Source: Anaerolineae bacterium
GTDB taxonomy: Bacteria; Chloroflexota; Anaerolineae; Epilineales; JAANWY01
DNA length: 62,140 nucleotides
Assembly: GCA_046758565.1 (NCBI GenBank)
Contig: JBHIAO010000001.1
Coordinates: forward strand, 1 to 62,140
Reading direction: 5' to 3'
Position 1 is the stretch's first letter, and each line of letters begins with the position of its first letter. A program made the translations under genes and the position numbers. Positions 1 to 9,064 of this stretch are shown here, one piece after another. The notes under the pieces were generated by a model. That model saw only the letters and a list, made by a program, of their open reading frames with translations, was not told the DNA's origin and did not search any database.

Positions 1-306
1 CGTGTCGCGATACGAGCCCTTGTGTTCCACGCGCACAAACGTGCCGGGGTGGGTGTAGTTGTAATCAGCCACCATGCGCTCAATCAAAAACTTGCGCCCA
101 CCACCAAAGGCATGCCAGAAATCAATGACGGTCGCGCCTTCGGGAATCGCTTCCTCGGAGGCGGCCTTGTCCACTTCCACTATCCGGGTGACTTCGACTT
201 CCTTCACTTGCACTTCCCCGGCTGGTGCTTGCGTGCAAGCGGATACGGCCAAAAGCATAGTGGCGATCAACAGGGCTAGTACCAAGAACTTATATGTCGG
301 TTTCAT
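1..306 (-). CDS. ABC transporter substrate-binding lipoprotein, family 1 (sugar / sn-glycerol-3-phosphate type); N-terminal part only, gene runs off the left edge
   Basis: Hand translation of the minus strand. ATG at 306-304 follows a GGAGAGAG RBS. MKPTYKFLVLALLIATMLLAVSAC is a lipobox signal, then ...VIDFWHAFGGGRKFLIERMVADYN is typical of SBP_bac_1. Absent from the ORF track because there is no stop inside the window. Confidence 0.6.
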   Translation of the reverse strand, partial: MKPTYKFLVLALLIATMLLAVSACTQAPAGEVQVKEVEVTRIVEVDKAASEEAIPEGATVIDFWHAFGGGRKFLIERMVADYNYTHPGTFVRVEHKGSYRDT

Positions 307-912
307 CTTGTATCTCTCTCCTTTTCTGACTTACATACTGATACGGTGTGAAGGCACAGCCAACCATCAGGCGGTGGCTATTGCCCTTGGTGCACACTAT
401 GATCCGGTGACATCACCTCCTCTCTCCCTCGGAGATCCCTCGGAAAGTAAGCCGGCGGCCCCTCGGCGGGCTCAGGCCTATACTGATTCCTGGTGGATTA
501 AGGCTATCCGCCCCTCTGCATGCGTGCCTTGTGCACAGGCAGCGGTCAAAGGCATAACATTGGTCGTCCGCAAGAAGAGTATGTCGTATTGAACAGAGGC
601 GTTGAAGTGATGAGAAGATTTCTTCTGCTCCTTCGCTTGTCGGCTCCGCTGCTTCCTACATGGGCTGCAGGGACGCCGCTCGCTTCTTGGAGTGGCGCTC
701 TTCATGCGCCCAGCATTGTCTGATGCGCGGTGTGGTTGTGGAACTGGAATGTGTATATATACCACGAGTGCCCTGGAATGTCAAACGCTTCGTGATTGTT
801 CGATCCTGCCGCCATGATTCGGTGCGCTTGGCCCGTTTGCCGCCGCCACCCAGTTTGTGGTAACATCAAGAAACGAGGTAACCGTTCAGGTGATCTTGAA
901 AGCAGAGACATA

Positions 913-1010
913 AGGTGACCGGCACTTGCGAAATCGACCGAAAACTGAGCACACCAGGGTCTGCAGAAGCACCTGCGGTACGAAAACCGGTTTGAAAGTG
1001 CCGGTCACCT
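913..1010. repeat. 98-bp element bounded by a perfect 15-bp inverted repeat (AGGTGACCGGCACTT ... AAGTGCCGGTCACCT)
   Basis: Arms at 913-927 and 996-1010 with a 68-nt spacer that holds an inner palindrome AAACCGGTTT. It lies in a 750-bp ORF-poor gap between the SBP gene and the GDPD gene. Confidence 0.6.
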
Positions 1011-1057
1011 GAACGCCTACGAAACGCGAACTGGCCCTAGAAAACTAGCTTCCGCTC

Positions 1058-1924
1058 ATGGAGAGCACGACACCGGCGGCTGACAAGAATCCGTATCGCT
1101 GCAGCACTTTGAACATCGCCCATCGTGGTGCTCGCAGCCTGGCTCCCGAAAACACTATGGCGGCTGCCCGCAAGGCACTGGAAATCAGCGCCGATCTGTG
1201 GGAGCTGGACGTTCAACTCACCGCCGAGGGCGAGTTCATCGTGCTCCATGACAACAGCCTGGATCGCACTTCGAATGCTGAAGATGTTTTTCCAAAGCGC
1301 CGGCCCTGGCTGGTTTCCGACTTCACCCTGGAAGAAATCCGGCAATTGGACTTCGGTTCGTGGTTCAACGAGAGGGACCCGTTCGGCCAGATTGCCGCCG
1401 GCCACGTGAGTGAGGCTCAACAACAATCCTTCGTGGGTGAGCCGGCCCCGACCCTGCGCCAGGCGTTGGAATGGACCCGCGATAACGACTGGCGAGTGAA
1501 CGTCGAGCTCAAGGATCTAGATGGCCAGCCCGGCGAGGAAACCTTCGTCGAGAGGGTTGTTACGTTGATCGAAGAGCTGAACATGATGGATCGCGTGTTG
1601 ATCTCTTCCTTCAACCACGACTACGTGCGCCGTGCAAAAACTGCCAACCCCAAGATTCAGGCCGGCGCCTTGAGCAGCCGGTTCATCGACAACGTGGCCG
1701 GCTACATTCGCGAGTTAGGCGCCGATGCATACAATCCGAAGCACACTGCCATTCCACAGGCTCAAATCCGGTGGCTGCGCGATCAGGGGATCCATGTATA
1801 CATCTACACCGTGAACGATGCGGAGAAGATGATACATCTGGCCGAGGCTGGTGCCAGTGGACTGTTCACTGACTACCCTCAGCGCCTATCAGAAGTTTTG
1901 GAGGTGTGTAGCAACGATCGATAG
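1058..1924 (+). CDS. glycerophosphodiester phosphodiesterase (GDPD family, cytoplasmic UgpQ-like)
   Basis: 288 aa. LNIAHRGARSLAPENT and ELDVQLT..VLHD match the GDPD catalytic signature. No signal peptide. Glycerol gene context. Confidence 0.85.
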   Translation: MESTTPAADKNPYRCSTLNIAHRGARSLAPENTMAAARKALEISADLWELDVQLTAEGEFIVLHDNSLDRTSNAEDVFPKRRPWLVSDFTLEEIRQLDFGSWFNERDPFGQIAAGHVSEAQQQSFVGEPAPTLRQALEWTRDNDWRVNVELKDLDGQPGEETFVERVVTLIEELNMMDRVLISSFNHDYVRRAKTANPKIQAGALSSRFIDNVAGYIRELGADAYNPKHTAIPQAQIRWLRDQGIHVYIYTVNDAEKMIHLAEAGASGLFTDYPQRLSEVLEVCSNDR

Positions 1925-1951
1925 GGAATTCGCGGCAGCCGAAGCAGGGTC

Positions 1952-2611
1952 TCATTCTCCCCGATACAGATATCGGATCAGCCCTGCGGCTATGGCCCCG
2001 CCGGCCAACGGCCCAACTAGATAGACCCACAGGTCGGCAAAGTTGCCCATGACGATCGCTGGCCCCAGGGTGCGGGCCGGATTCATGGACGCGCCAGTCA
2101 AACTGCCACCCATCAAGATGTCCATTATGAGCACGAAACCGATCGCGACACCGGCAAGGTTGCCGTTCTTGCCGAGCACACCGGACACCAACACAGACAT
2201 CATCAGGAACACAGTGAGCACCGCCTCGATCACGACCCCTTGTATGGGGCTAGTGCCGCTTCCAAGTGTGGTGGCTCCCAGGTTCCCAGACTGTCCGCCC
2301 AGCACGAACAGCAACACCAGAGCTGCCAGAACAGCGCCGATGACTTGAGCTATCCAGTACCAAACTGCTCGGCGCCACTCGATTTTGCCTGCCACAGCCA
2401 CACCAAACGTGACCGCGGGATTGACATGGGCACCGGATACGGCTCCCACGGTGTAGACAATGACCGTGACCGCTATCCCGTGGGCAAGGGCCACGCCCAC
2501 AATGCCTCCGGAGCCCAACGCGCCGGCCCCAGCTCCGATGAAAACAAGAATGAAAGTACCGATCAGTTCTGCGATGGATGGTTTAAAGTCGTCGTTCATG
2601 AAAGCCTCCAA
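1952..2611 (-). CDS. MIP-family channel (aquaporin / glycerol facilitator)
   Basis: 219 aa with six hydrophobic segments and two NPA boxes (HVNPAVTF, SMNPARTL). The true start may be the second Met (MNDDF, 2599). Confidence 0.85.
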   Translation of the reverse strand: MEAFMNDDFKPSIAELIGTFILVFIGAGAGALGSGGIVGVALAHGIAVTVIVYTVGAVSGAHVNPAVTFGVAVAGKIEWRRAVWYWIAQVIGAVLAALVLLFVLGGQSGNLGATTLGSGTSPIQGVVIEAVLTVFLMMSVLVSGVLGKNGNLAGVAIGFVLIMDILMGGSLTGASMNPARTLGPAIVMGNFADLWVYLVGPLAGGAIAAGLIRYLYRGE

Positions 2612-2754
2612 TTGAAGTTTGACTAGGCGAGCTCATATGACTCAGCCTTCACGGAATGCTCAGCGCGGCCAATTGTACCACCTCGGGAATCGTTCTCCAA
2701 ACGATCTCAGTGAGACGACAGAACCACGTTGCGACCTTACGCGCTCCGTGATTT

Positions 2755-2856
2755 TTCATCATGATGGAGCTGGCCGAGGCCGGCGCCAGTGGGCTGTTCA
2801 CTGACTACCCCCAGCGCCTGTTAGACGTCTTCGAAGAGTGTCACAATGAGAGGTAA
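2755..2856 (+). pseudogene. relic 3' end of a second GDPD gene, colinear to its stop codon and overlapping the glpK start
   Basis: 2770-2819 matches 1838-1887 at 46/50 nt, and all 4 differences are synonymous third positions. The relic reads [31 protein letters not shown] against the intact gene's ..HLAEAGASGLFTDYPQRLSEVLEVCSNDR*. An in-frame TGA at 2749 cuts it off upstream. Confidence 0.75.
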
Positions 2857-4363
2857 GAAATACGTAGCAGCAGTAGACCAGGGAACGACCAGTACTCGCT
2901 TCATGATCCTCGATCATGGCGGCAACGTCGTCGGTATGGATCAGATGGAGCACGAGCAGATTTACCCCCAGGCCGGCTGGGTGGAGCACGACCCCGTTGA
3001 GATTTGGGCGCGCACCCAGGATGTGATCCGGGGTGGTCTGTGGAAGGCCGGCATGTCCGCCGACGAAATCGCGGCCATTGGCGTCACCAACCAACGCGAG
3101 ACCACGGTCGTCTGGGACAGGAACATCGGCGAGCCCTACTACAACGCCATTGTCTGGCAGGATACGCGCACTGACAGGCTCTGTGATGAACTGGCAAAGG
3201 ACGGCGGACAGGACCGGTTCCGACGCAAGGTGGGTCTTCCGTTGGCGACCTACTTCTCGGGACCGAAGATCAAATGGATCCTGGACAACGTGGCCGGCGT
3301 GCGCGCCGCCGCCGAGCGCGGGGATGCCATCTTCGGCAACATCGACACCTGGGTGATCTGGTGGCTGACCGGCGGGCCGGACGGTGGGGCTCACGTTACA
3401 GACGTGACTAACGCGAGCCGCACCATGCTGATGAACCTGGAGACCCTGGATTGGGACGGCGAAATCCTGGAGATCATGGGTATTCCGCGCCAGATGCTGC
3501 CGGAAATTCGCCCGTCCGGTGATCCAAATCTGTACGGCACGACCCCGGCCAGCAGCCCTCTCGGCACCGCGATCCCCGTTTGCGGCGACCTGGGCGACCA
3601 GCAGGCGGCGCTGGTGGGCCAGACGTGCTATAGCCCGGGTGAAGCCAAGAATACGTACGGCACCGGCTGCTTCATGTTGCTGAACACCGGCACCGAGGCG
3701 GTCCCCAGCGAGAGCGGCCTGTTGACTACGCTGGCCTACAAAATGGGCGACGCGCCAGCCGTGTACGCGTTGGAAGGCTCCATCGCCATCACCGGTGCCC
3801 TGGTCCAATGGCTGCGGGATAATCTGGAGATGATCGCGGCCTCTAAGGATATTGAGGCGCTGGCGAAGACTGTGGATGACAACGGCGGAATCTACTTCGT
3901 GCCGGCCTTCTCGGGCCTCTTTGCGCCTTACTGGCGCTCCGACGCGCGCGGTGTCATCGTCGGATTGACGCGCTACATCAACAAGGGGCACATCGCGCGG
4001 GCGGCCCTGGAGGCAACTGCCTTCCAGACCCGCGAGGTGCTGGATGCCATGGAAAAGGACTCCGGAGTGCCGCTGGAGGCGCTCAAGGTCGACGGCGGCA
4101 TGGTCTACAACGAGCTGTTGATGCAGTTCCAGGCCGATATTCTGGGTGTCCCGGTCATCCGGCCGCAGGTAGCCGAAACGACCTCGCTGGGTGCGGCGTA
4201 CGCCGCCGGCTATGCCGTTGGCTTCTGGGACGACATCGAGGCTCTACGCGAGAACTGGCAAGTGGACAAGACCTGGGAACCCCGGATGGAAGAGGAACAG
4301 CGTGAGGCGCTGTACCACGGTTGGAAACGGGCCGTGGAGCGCACCTTTGACTGGGTAGAGTAA
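2846..4363 (+). CDS. glpK: glycerol kinase
   Basis: 505 aa, full-length FGGY kinase ([14 protein letters not shown]..., GDQQAAL, ...[11 protein letters not shown]), in a glycerol operon context. Confidence 0.95.
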   Translation: MRGKKYVAAVDQGTTSTRFMILDHGGNVVGMDQMEHEQIYPQAGWVEHDPVEIWARTQDVIRGGLWKAGMSADEIAAIGVTNQRETTVVWDRNIGEPYYNAIVWQDTRTDRLCDELAKDGGQDRFRRKVGLPLATYFSGPKIKWILDNVAGVRAAAERGDAIFGNIDTWVIWWLTGGPDGGAHVTDVTNASRTMLMNLETLDWDGEILEIMGIPRQMLPEIRPSGDPNLYGTTPASSPLGTAIPVCGDLGDQQAALVGQTCYSPGEAKNTYGTGCFMLLNTGTEAVPSESGLLTTLAYKMGDAPAVYALEGSIAITGALVQWLRDNLEMIAASKDIEALAKTVDDNGGIYFVPAFSGLFAPYWRSDARGVIVGLTRYINKGHIARAALEATAFQTREVLDAMEKDSGVPLEALKVDGGMVYNELLMQFQADILGVPVIRPQVAETTSLGAAYAAGYAVGFWDDIEALRENWQVDKTWEPRMEEEQREALYHGWKRAVERTFDWVE

Positions 4364-4637
4364 AGGGGACTGCCGCGTCTTAGCTAGGCAACTGGAAAAT
4401 TCAAATGTCTGGCAAGAACACACCACAACACCGACACTGCCCCAATCTCACCTTCCGTAGACAGTACAACGTCTCCTCACCCAACACGTCTCGTGGGACG
4501 TCAACGAGAAAATGACGCTGTGAGGCTTCCCTGGTGGTTTCTAGGCAATGCTTGAGGTATCGGGCGAAGGTGGGGCCGATCAGTGGTCAGCGTGGGCCAG
4601 TATAAGGCCGGCGCTTACTTCGCCCCCCATACAATCA

Positions 4638-5360
4638 CTAAACCTTGACTATGTGCGAATCTTTTCCGAATGGGCTGGAATGGGCCGGCTCAATTCGGCG
4701 GATTACACCAACGACCCTGCCCTGAATCTCTATGTTGCTAGGGCTCACATAGATCGCTGCCATGGTCGGGTTTTCCGGCTGCAACCGGATCTTGTCACCT
4801 TCGTGATAGAACCGCTTTAAGGTAGTGAACTGTTCGTCCTTCAACCATACAACTACCATATCTCCATCGCGAGCAGCTTGCTCGTGACGGATAATCACGA
4901 TGTCTCCATCATTGATAAGTGCATCGATCAGGGAGTTACCCCGTGCTTGCAGGGCGTAGACTCCGGGTTGGTCCCCACACATATCCCGAGTCAGCCGGAC
5001 CGTACCGTGGCCGCTCGTCAAGGAGTCGTTGTCCAGTACAGGGACGGGTTCCCCCGTGGCGATGGGTCCCAGCAGGGGCACGGATATCGTCTCTTTGGAC
5101 CCATCATCTCGACTCTCATCTGCTTTGCGACCCCAAGCCGAATCGCTTCCCCGCTTGAGGAGATACACACTCGGTGCGGCTACCAAGCTAGCAATCAGCA
5201 GAATGGTCCATCGGATCGTGTCTGCTTTGTAATCCTGGCCGGACAGGGTAAGATAGGTGATACCTGTCAGAAAGACGAGTACTACGACCGTCAGGAGAAT
5301 CCATACAGTATCGACCAGGAACAGTTTTGTTGCTTCTCCCACCCTTATCCTAGTTCCCAT
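4638..5360 (-). CDS. membrane-anchored S24 peptidase with a LexA-like C-terminal domain and no DNA-binding domain
   Basis: 240 aa. The N-terminus has two hydrophobic helices. It continues with VPLLGPIATGEPVPV (LexA hinge-like), GNSLIDALINDGDIVII (Ser motif) and TTLKRF...LQPENP (Lys motif). Confidence 0.7.
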   Translation of the reverse strand: MGTRIRVGEATKLFLVDTVWILLTVVVLVFLTGITYLTLSGQDYKADTIRWTILLIASLVAAPSVYLLKRGSDSAWGRKADESRDDGSKETISVPLLGPIATGEPVPVLDNDSLTSGHGTVRLTRDMCGDQPGVYALQARGNSLIDALINDGDIVIIRHEQAARDGDMVVVWLKDEQFTTLKRFYHEGDKIRLQPENPTMAAIYVSPSNIEIQGRVVGVIRRIEPAHSSPFGKDSHIVKV

Positions 5361-5733
5361 TCTCCATCTCCTGTAGTTCTCGTATCACCTGCCGGCGGAG
5401 GCGAGCGCCAAAGATGATCAACTCAGCGACGACCAGCATAACATAGATTACCAGGAAGCCCAGGTCTGACGCAACGCGGATCCAGCTCACAACTGGCAGA
5501 ATCAGTGACGACGGACCATTCTCAGCAATCGGGATAACGCGGTCAAACATTAGAAGAACGACGGTCACCAGCCTGAAAACCAAGGCTGCAAAGAGTACCA
5601 GTAGTGCATCACGTACCAGAGAAACCGCAAGCTGAAGCGGAATGTAGCGGCGATGAAGACGAGTCAAGAACTCGAGCAAGAACGGGCTCCCGGTGTGATT
5701 GCAAGCGGTTACCTGGTTCCTGGTGCGGTACAA
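5350..5733 (-). CDS. small polytopic membrane protein, unknown function, co-transcribed with the S24 peptidase
   Basis: 127 aa with 3 hydrophobic segments. TTG start. Its 3' end overlaps the S24 gene start by 11 nt. Confidence 0.45.
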   Translation of the reverse strand: MYRTRNQVTACNHTGSPFLLEFLTRLHRRYIPLQLAVSLVRDALLVLFAALVFRLVTVVLLMFDRVIPIAENGPSSLILPVVSWIRVASDLGFLVIYVMLVVAELIIFGARLRRQVIRELQEMENGN

Positions 5734-5758
5734 TCAAGCATAGCCTAGAAGTCATAGT

Positions 5759-5773
5759 GTGTCAAATTGACAC
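5759..5773. promoter_or_regulatory. perfect 7-1-7 palindrome GTGTCAA-A-TTGACAC, candidate operator or -35 for the minus-strand S24 operon
   Basis: On the minus strand it reads TTGACA, then 17 nt, then TATGCT, ending just before the TTG start at 5733. Confidence 0.4.
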
Positions 5774-5869
5774 GCGGTGAGGAAGAGACCGGGTGCGCCA
5801 GTAGCATTGGCCGAACCCGGGTGATTTGAGGATACCACGCGGTACTGGCTGCGTCAAGGCGTTAGGCAG

Positions 5870-5898
5870 TTGACAGAACCGATACGGCAGACTACAAT
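5870..5898 (+). promoter_or_regulatory. sigma-70-type promoter upstream of glpA
   Basis: TTGACA (5870-5875), 17-nt spacer, TACAAT (5893-5898), about 120 nt upstream of the glpA ATG. Confidence 0.55.
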
Positions 5899-6021
5899 GT
5901 GTTTGTCCGACGTGTTCGGAGGAGTACAGAGACATCAAGTTTCACGTTTCACACTGCCCGATGCTCTGCCATCTTGCCCCCACTGGATGGTGATTCGCAG
6001 CCAACCCTGATTTGACGTGAC

Positions 6022-7797
6022 ATGAAGCGCCTTGAAACAGAAATCCTGGTGATTGGTGGTGGTGCTACCGGCACGGGTATCGCCTGGGATGCTGCCCTGC
6101 GGGGGTTCCAGGTGGTGTTGGTGGAAAAGAGGGACCTGACTCACGGCACCACCGGTCGCTATCACGGTCTGGTGCACAGCGGGGGACGCTACGCGGTGAA
6201 GGACCCCCAGAGTGCCGCCGAGTGCATCGCCGAAAACCGCGTTCTGCGCCGCACCCACACCCACTGCATCGAGGACACCGGCGGCTTCTTCGTCGTCACG
6301 CCCGAGGACGAAGGCGACTATCCTGACGAGTTCAAGGTTGCCTGCGACCGCATCGGCATCCCTTGCGACGAAATCTCTGTGACCGACGCTCTGCGCCGAG
6401 AGCCGCTGCTTAACCCGCGCATCAGCCGCGTCTTTGAGGTGCCTGACGCCGCCGCCGACAGCTTCCTGGCCACTCACGCCTCCGCCCAGGCAGCCCATCT
6501 GGCCGGCGCCCAGATTCTGATCTATCACGAGGTGGTGGGGCTGCTGATGGAAGGCGGCGAAGGCGAGCGACGGGTGGTGGGTGCTCGTGTGCGCGATGTG
6601 ACCAGTGGCGAAGATGTGACAATTCATGCCGCCATGACCATCAACGCCACCGGTGCCTGGGCCGGCCAGATCGCCTGGATGGCCGGCGTCACGGTTAACG
6701 TGATCCCAGGCAAGGGCACCATGATAGCCATGAACCACCGGGTGGTCAACACCGTCATCAACCGCTGCAAAATGCCGGCCGACGGCGACATCATCGTGCC
6801 CATCCACACCGTCGCCGTCATCGGCACCACCGACGAAAAGGTGGACGATCCCGAGAACCTGCGCATCGAGCCGTGGGAAGTCCAGTTGATGCTGGATGAG
6901 GGCGAAAAGCTGGTGCCCCGTATCAGCCAGGCGCGGGTTCTGCGGGCCTGGGCCGGCGTGCGCCCCCTCTATCAAGAAGAGTCAACCGTCAACACGCGGG
7001 ACATCACCCGCTCTTTCACCCTGCTGGATCACAAAGAACGGGATGGCGTGGCCGGCCTGTTGACGATGATCGGCGGCAAGTGGACCACGTTCCGCATGAT
7101 GGCTGAGAAAACCGTGGACAAAGCCGGCGACCAGTTGGGCGTTAGCAAGCCCTGCAGCACCGCCAGCACACCCGTCCCCGGCGTCGAACAAGGCCATTAC
7201 TGGCTGGGCCATCGGCTGCATGAAGTGGAAGATAAACGCTTGCAGAGCGAACTGGTCTGCGAATGCGAACTGGTGACACGCTCCATGCTGGAAAACGCCG
7301 CTCGTCAAAACCCCACTCTCACACTGGACGACCTGCGCCGGGACGTGCGCCTGGGCATGGGGCCGTGCCAGGGTGGGTTCTGCACGTATCGAGCGGTGGG
7401 GATTTTGCACGAAATGGCTGTCGCTGGGTATTGGGTATTAGGTATTGGATATTCGGAGGGTGCGGATCAGTGGAATGTGGCGTACATGCAGTCTCCAGCC
7501 CATCACAGTCCCCAATACCCAATACCCAATACCCAATACTCAATACCTGCATTGGCTAACTCGAATCTATTGCTGCGCGACTTCCTCCAGGAACGCTGGA
7601 AGGGCCTGACACCCATCCTCTGGGGCCGGCAACTGCAGCAGGAGCGGCTGGATGAGTTGATCTACCTGAGCTTGCTGAACGCAGATCACCTGCCTGGAGC
7701 AGAACTGACCAGCCCCCTGAGCGATTTCTATCTGTTCGATACCACTCCTATCGAGGAGACAGAGGGGAAGGAAGAGCCAGAGGAGCCAGATGTTTGA
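6022..7797 (+). CDS. glpA: anaerobic glycerol-3-phosphate dehydrogenase subunit A
   Basis: 591 aa. FAD fold ILVIGGGATGTGIA, DAO domain, and a C-terminal BFD-like 2Fe-2S motif (CECE..., GPCQGGFC). Followed by glpB and glpC. Confidence 0.9.
   Translation: MKRLETEILVIGGGATGTGIAWDAALRGFQVVLVEKRDLTHGTTGRYHGLVHSGGRYAVKDPQSAAECIAENRVLRRTHTHCIEDTGGFFVVTPEDEGDYPDEFKVACDRIGIPCDEISVTDALRREPLLNPRISRVFEVPDAAADSFLATHASAQAAHLAGAQILIYHEVVGLLMEGGEGERRVVGARVRDVTSGEDVTIHAAMTINATGAWAGQIAWMAGVTVNVIPGKGTMIAMNHRVVNTVINRCKMPADGDIIVPIHTVAVIGTTDEKVDDPENLRIEPWEVQLMLDEGEKLVPRISQARVLRAWAGVRPLYQEESTVNTRDITRSFTLLDHKERDGVAGLLTMIGGKWTTFRMMAEKTVDKAGDQLGVSKPCSTASTPVPGVEQGHYWLGHRLHEVEDKRLQSELVCECELVTRSMLENAARQNPTLTLDDLRRDVRLGMGPCQGGFCTYRAVGILHEMAVAGYWVLGIGYSEGADQWNVAYMQSPAHHSPQYPIPNTQYSIPALANSNLLLRDFLQERWKGLTPILWGRQLQQERLDELIYLSLLNADHLPGAELTSPLSDFYLFDTTPIEETEGKEEPEEPDV
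7426..7547. repeat. heptamer inverted repeat inside glpA: (GGGTATT)n arm, 57-nt spacer, (CCCAATA)n arm
   Basis: Left arm 7426-7453 is gggtattgggtattaggtattggatatt. Right arm 7511-7547 is cccaatacccaatacccaatacccaatactcaatacc. Translated in frame as GYWVLGIGYS...PQYPIPNTQYSIP. Confidence 0.85.
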
Positions 7798-9064
7798 CCT
7801 GATCGTGGTCGGGGCCGGCCTCGCTGGCCTGACCGCCGCGTACACCGCTTGTAGGGCCGACCTGCGCGTGCGGGTGATCGCCAAGGGGATGGGGGCCACC
7901 CATTGGAGCGCCGGCACGGTGGACGTATTGGGCTACTACCCCAACGGCAGCGCCGAGCCGGTCCAGCGGCCCCTGGAGAGCATCCAGGCCCTGACCGAGG
8001 CGCAGCCACAACATCCCTACGCTCTCCTTGGCGCGGCGCAACTGTCCAATGCCCTGCAAGCGTTCGCAGCTCTGACCGGCGAGATCGGCCTGCCCTACAT
8101 CGGGGCTGCTAACACCGGCGAAAACCTGCTGCTGCCGTCGCCGGCCGGCGCGGCGCGGCCGACGTTCCTGGCCCCCCAGGCCCAATTGGCCGGCGATCTG
8201 CGCCGCCCCGATCCGCTGCTAATTGTGGGCTTTCAGGGCATGCGGGACTTCTTCCCGGAGTTGATCGCGGCTAACCTGTGCAAGCTCGGTCACCGCGCCC
8301 GGGCGGAGTTCCTGCCCCTTGACGTGATCACTGGCCGGCATGACAGCAACACCGTGCAATTGGCCGCCGGGCTGGAGCACCCGGCCCGTCGCTCACAGTT
8401 GGCCGCCGAACTGAGACGGCTGGTCGAGCCCGGCGAGCGCATCGGCCTGCCGGCCATTTTGGGCATGGGCAAACATCTGGCAGTGCTGGCCGATTTGCAG
8501 GCCCGCGCCGGCGCCCCCATCTTCGAGATCCCCACCTTGCCGCCTAGCGTGTCGGGCATCCGCCTGGACACAGCTTTGCGCCGGCGGCTGGAGCAGTTGG
8601 GTGTGCGGGTGGAGGCCGGCATGGAGGCCATCGGCTTCCAGGCTGAGGATGGCCGGGTGTTGTGGGTGGAAACCGAGACCAGTGCGCGGCCACTGAAACA
8701 CCGGGCCGCCAAGTTCCTGCTAGCCACCGGTGGCATACTGGGGGGCGGTTTCGACAGCGACCACACAGGCCAAATGTGGGAGGTTGTATTCGACTTGCCG
8801 CTGACGGTGCCCCAGAAGCGCAGCCAGTGGTTCCGCCCCCGCTTCCTGGACCCCGCCGGCCAGCCGGTCTTCCAGGGCGGCGTGCCGGTCAGCCGGCAAT
8901 TCCAGCCACTAAACCCCGAAGGCTCGCCTGTCTACGACAATCTGTGGGCCGCCGGCGGCCTCCTGGCCCACGCCGATCCGATTCAGGAACGCAGCCTGGA
9001 GGGAATTGCGATTGCCACGGGTGCAGCCGCGGCACGACAGATCGTGCGAATCAGTAAACAGTGA
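7790..9064 (+). CDS. glpB: anaerobic glycerol-3-phosphate dehydrogenase subunit B
   Basis: 424 aa. MFDLIVVGAGLAGLTAA dinucleotide fold. 8-nt overlap with glpA. GAGGAG RBS. Confidence 0.85.
   Translation: MFDLIVVGAGLAGLTAAYTACRADLRVRVIAKGMGATHWSAGTVDVLGYYPNGSAEPVQRPLESIQALTEAQPQHPYALLGAAQLSNALQAFAALTGEIGLPYIGAANTGENLLLPSPAGAARPTFLAPQAQLAGDLRRPDPLLIVGFQGMRDFFPELIAANLCKLGHRARAEFLPLDVITGRHDSNTVQLAAGLEHPARRSQLAAELRRLVEPGERIGLPAILGMGKHLAVLADLQARAGAPIFEIPTLPPSVSGIRLDTALRRRLEQLGVRVEAGMEAIGFQAEDGRVLWVETETSARPLKHRAAKFLLATGGILGGGFDSDHTGQMWEVVFDLPLTVPQKRSQWFRPRFLDPAGQPVFQGGVPVSRQFQPLNPEGSPVYDNLWAAGGLLAHADPIQERSLEGIAIATGAAAARQIVRISKQ

Noticed and set aside
2798-3991. 397-aa minus-strand ORF opposite glpK. 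Similar long antisense ORFs occur at 5935-6975 (glpA), 9660-10355 (glpC), 18531-19832 (obg), 20784-21548 (aapJ-like), 43348-44118 (phnD), 46914-47603 (phnE) and 37140-37817 (groEL).
   Set aside because: All lie opposite genes with strong family signatures. Their translations are Arg/Gly/Ala/His-rich with no recognisable domains, so they are shadow ORFs.
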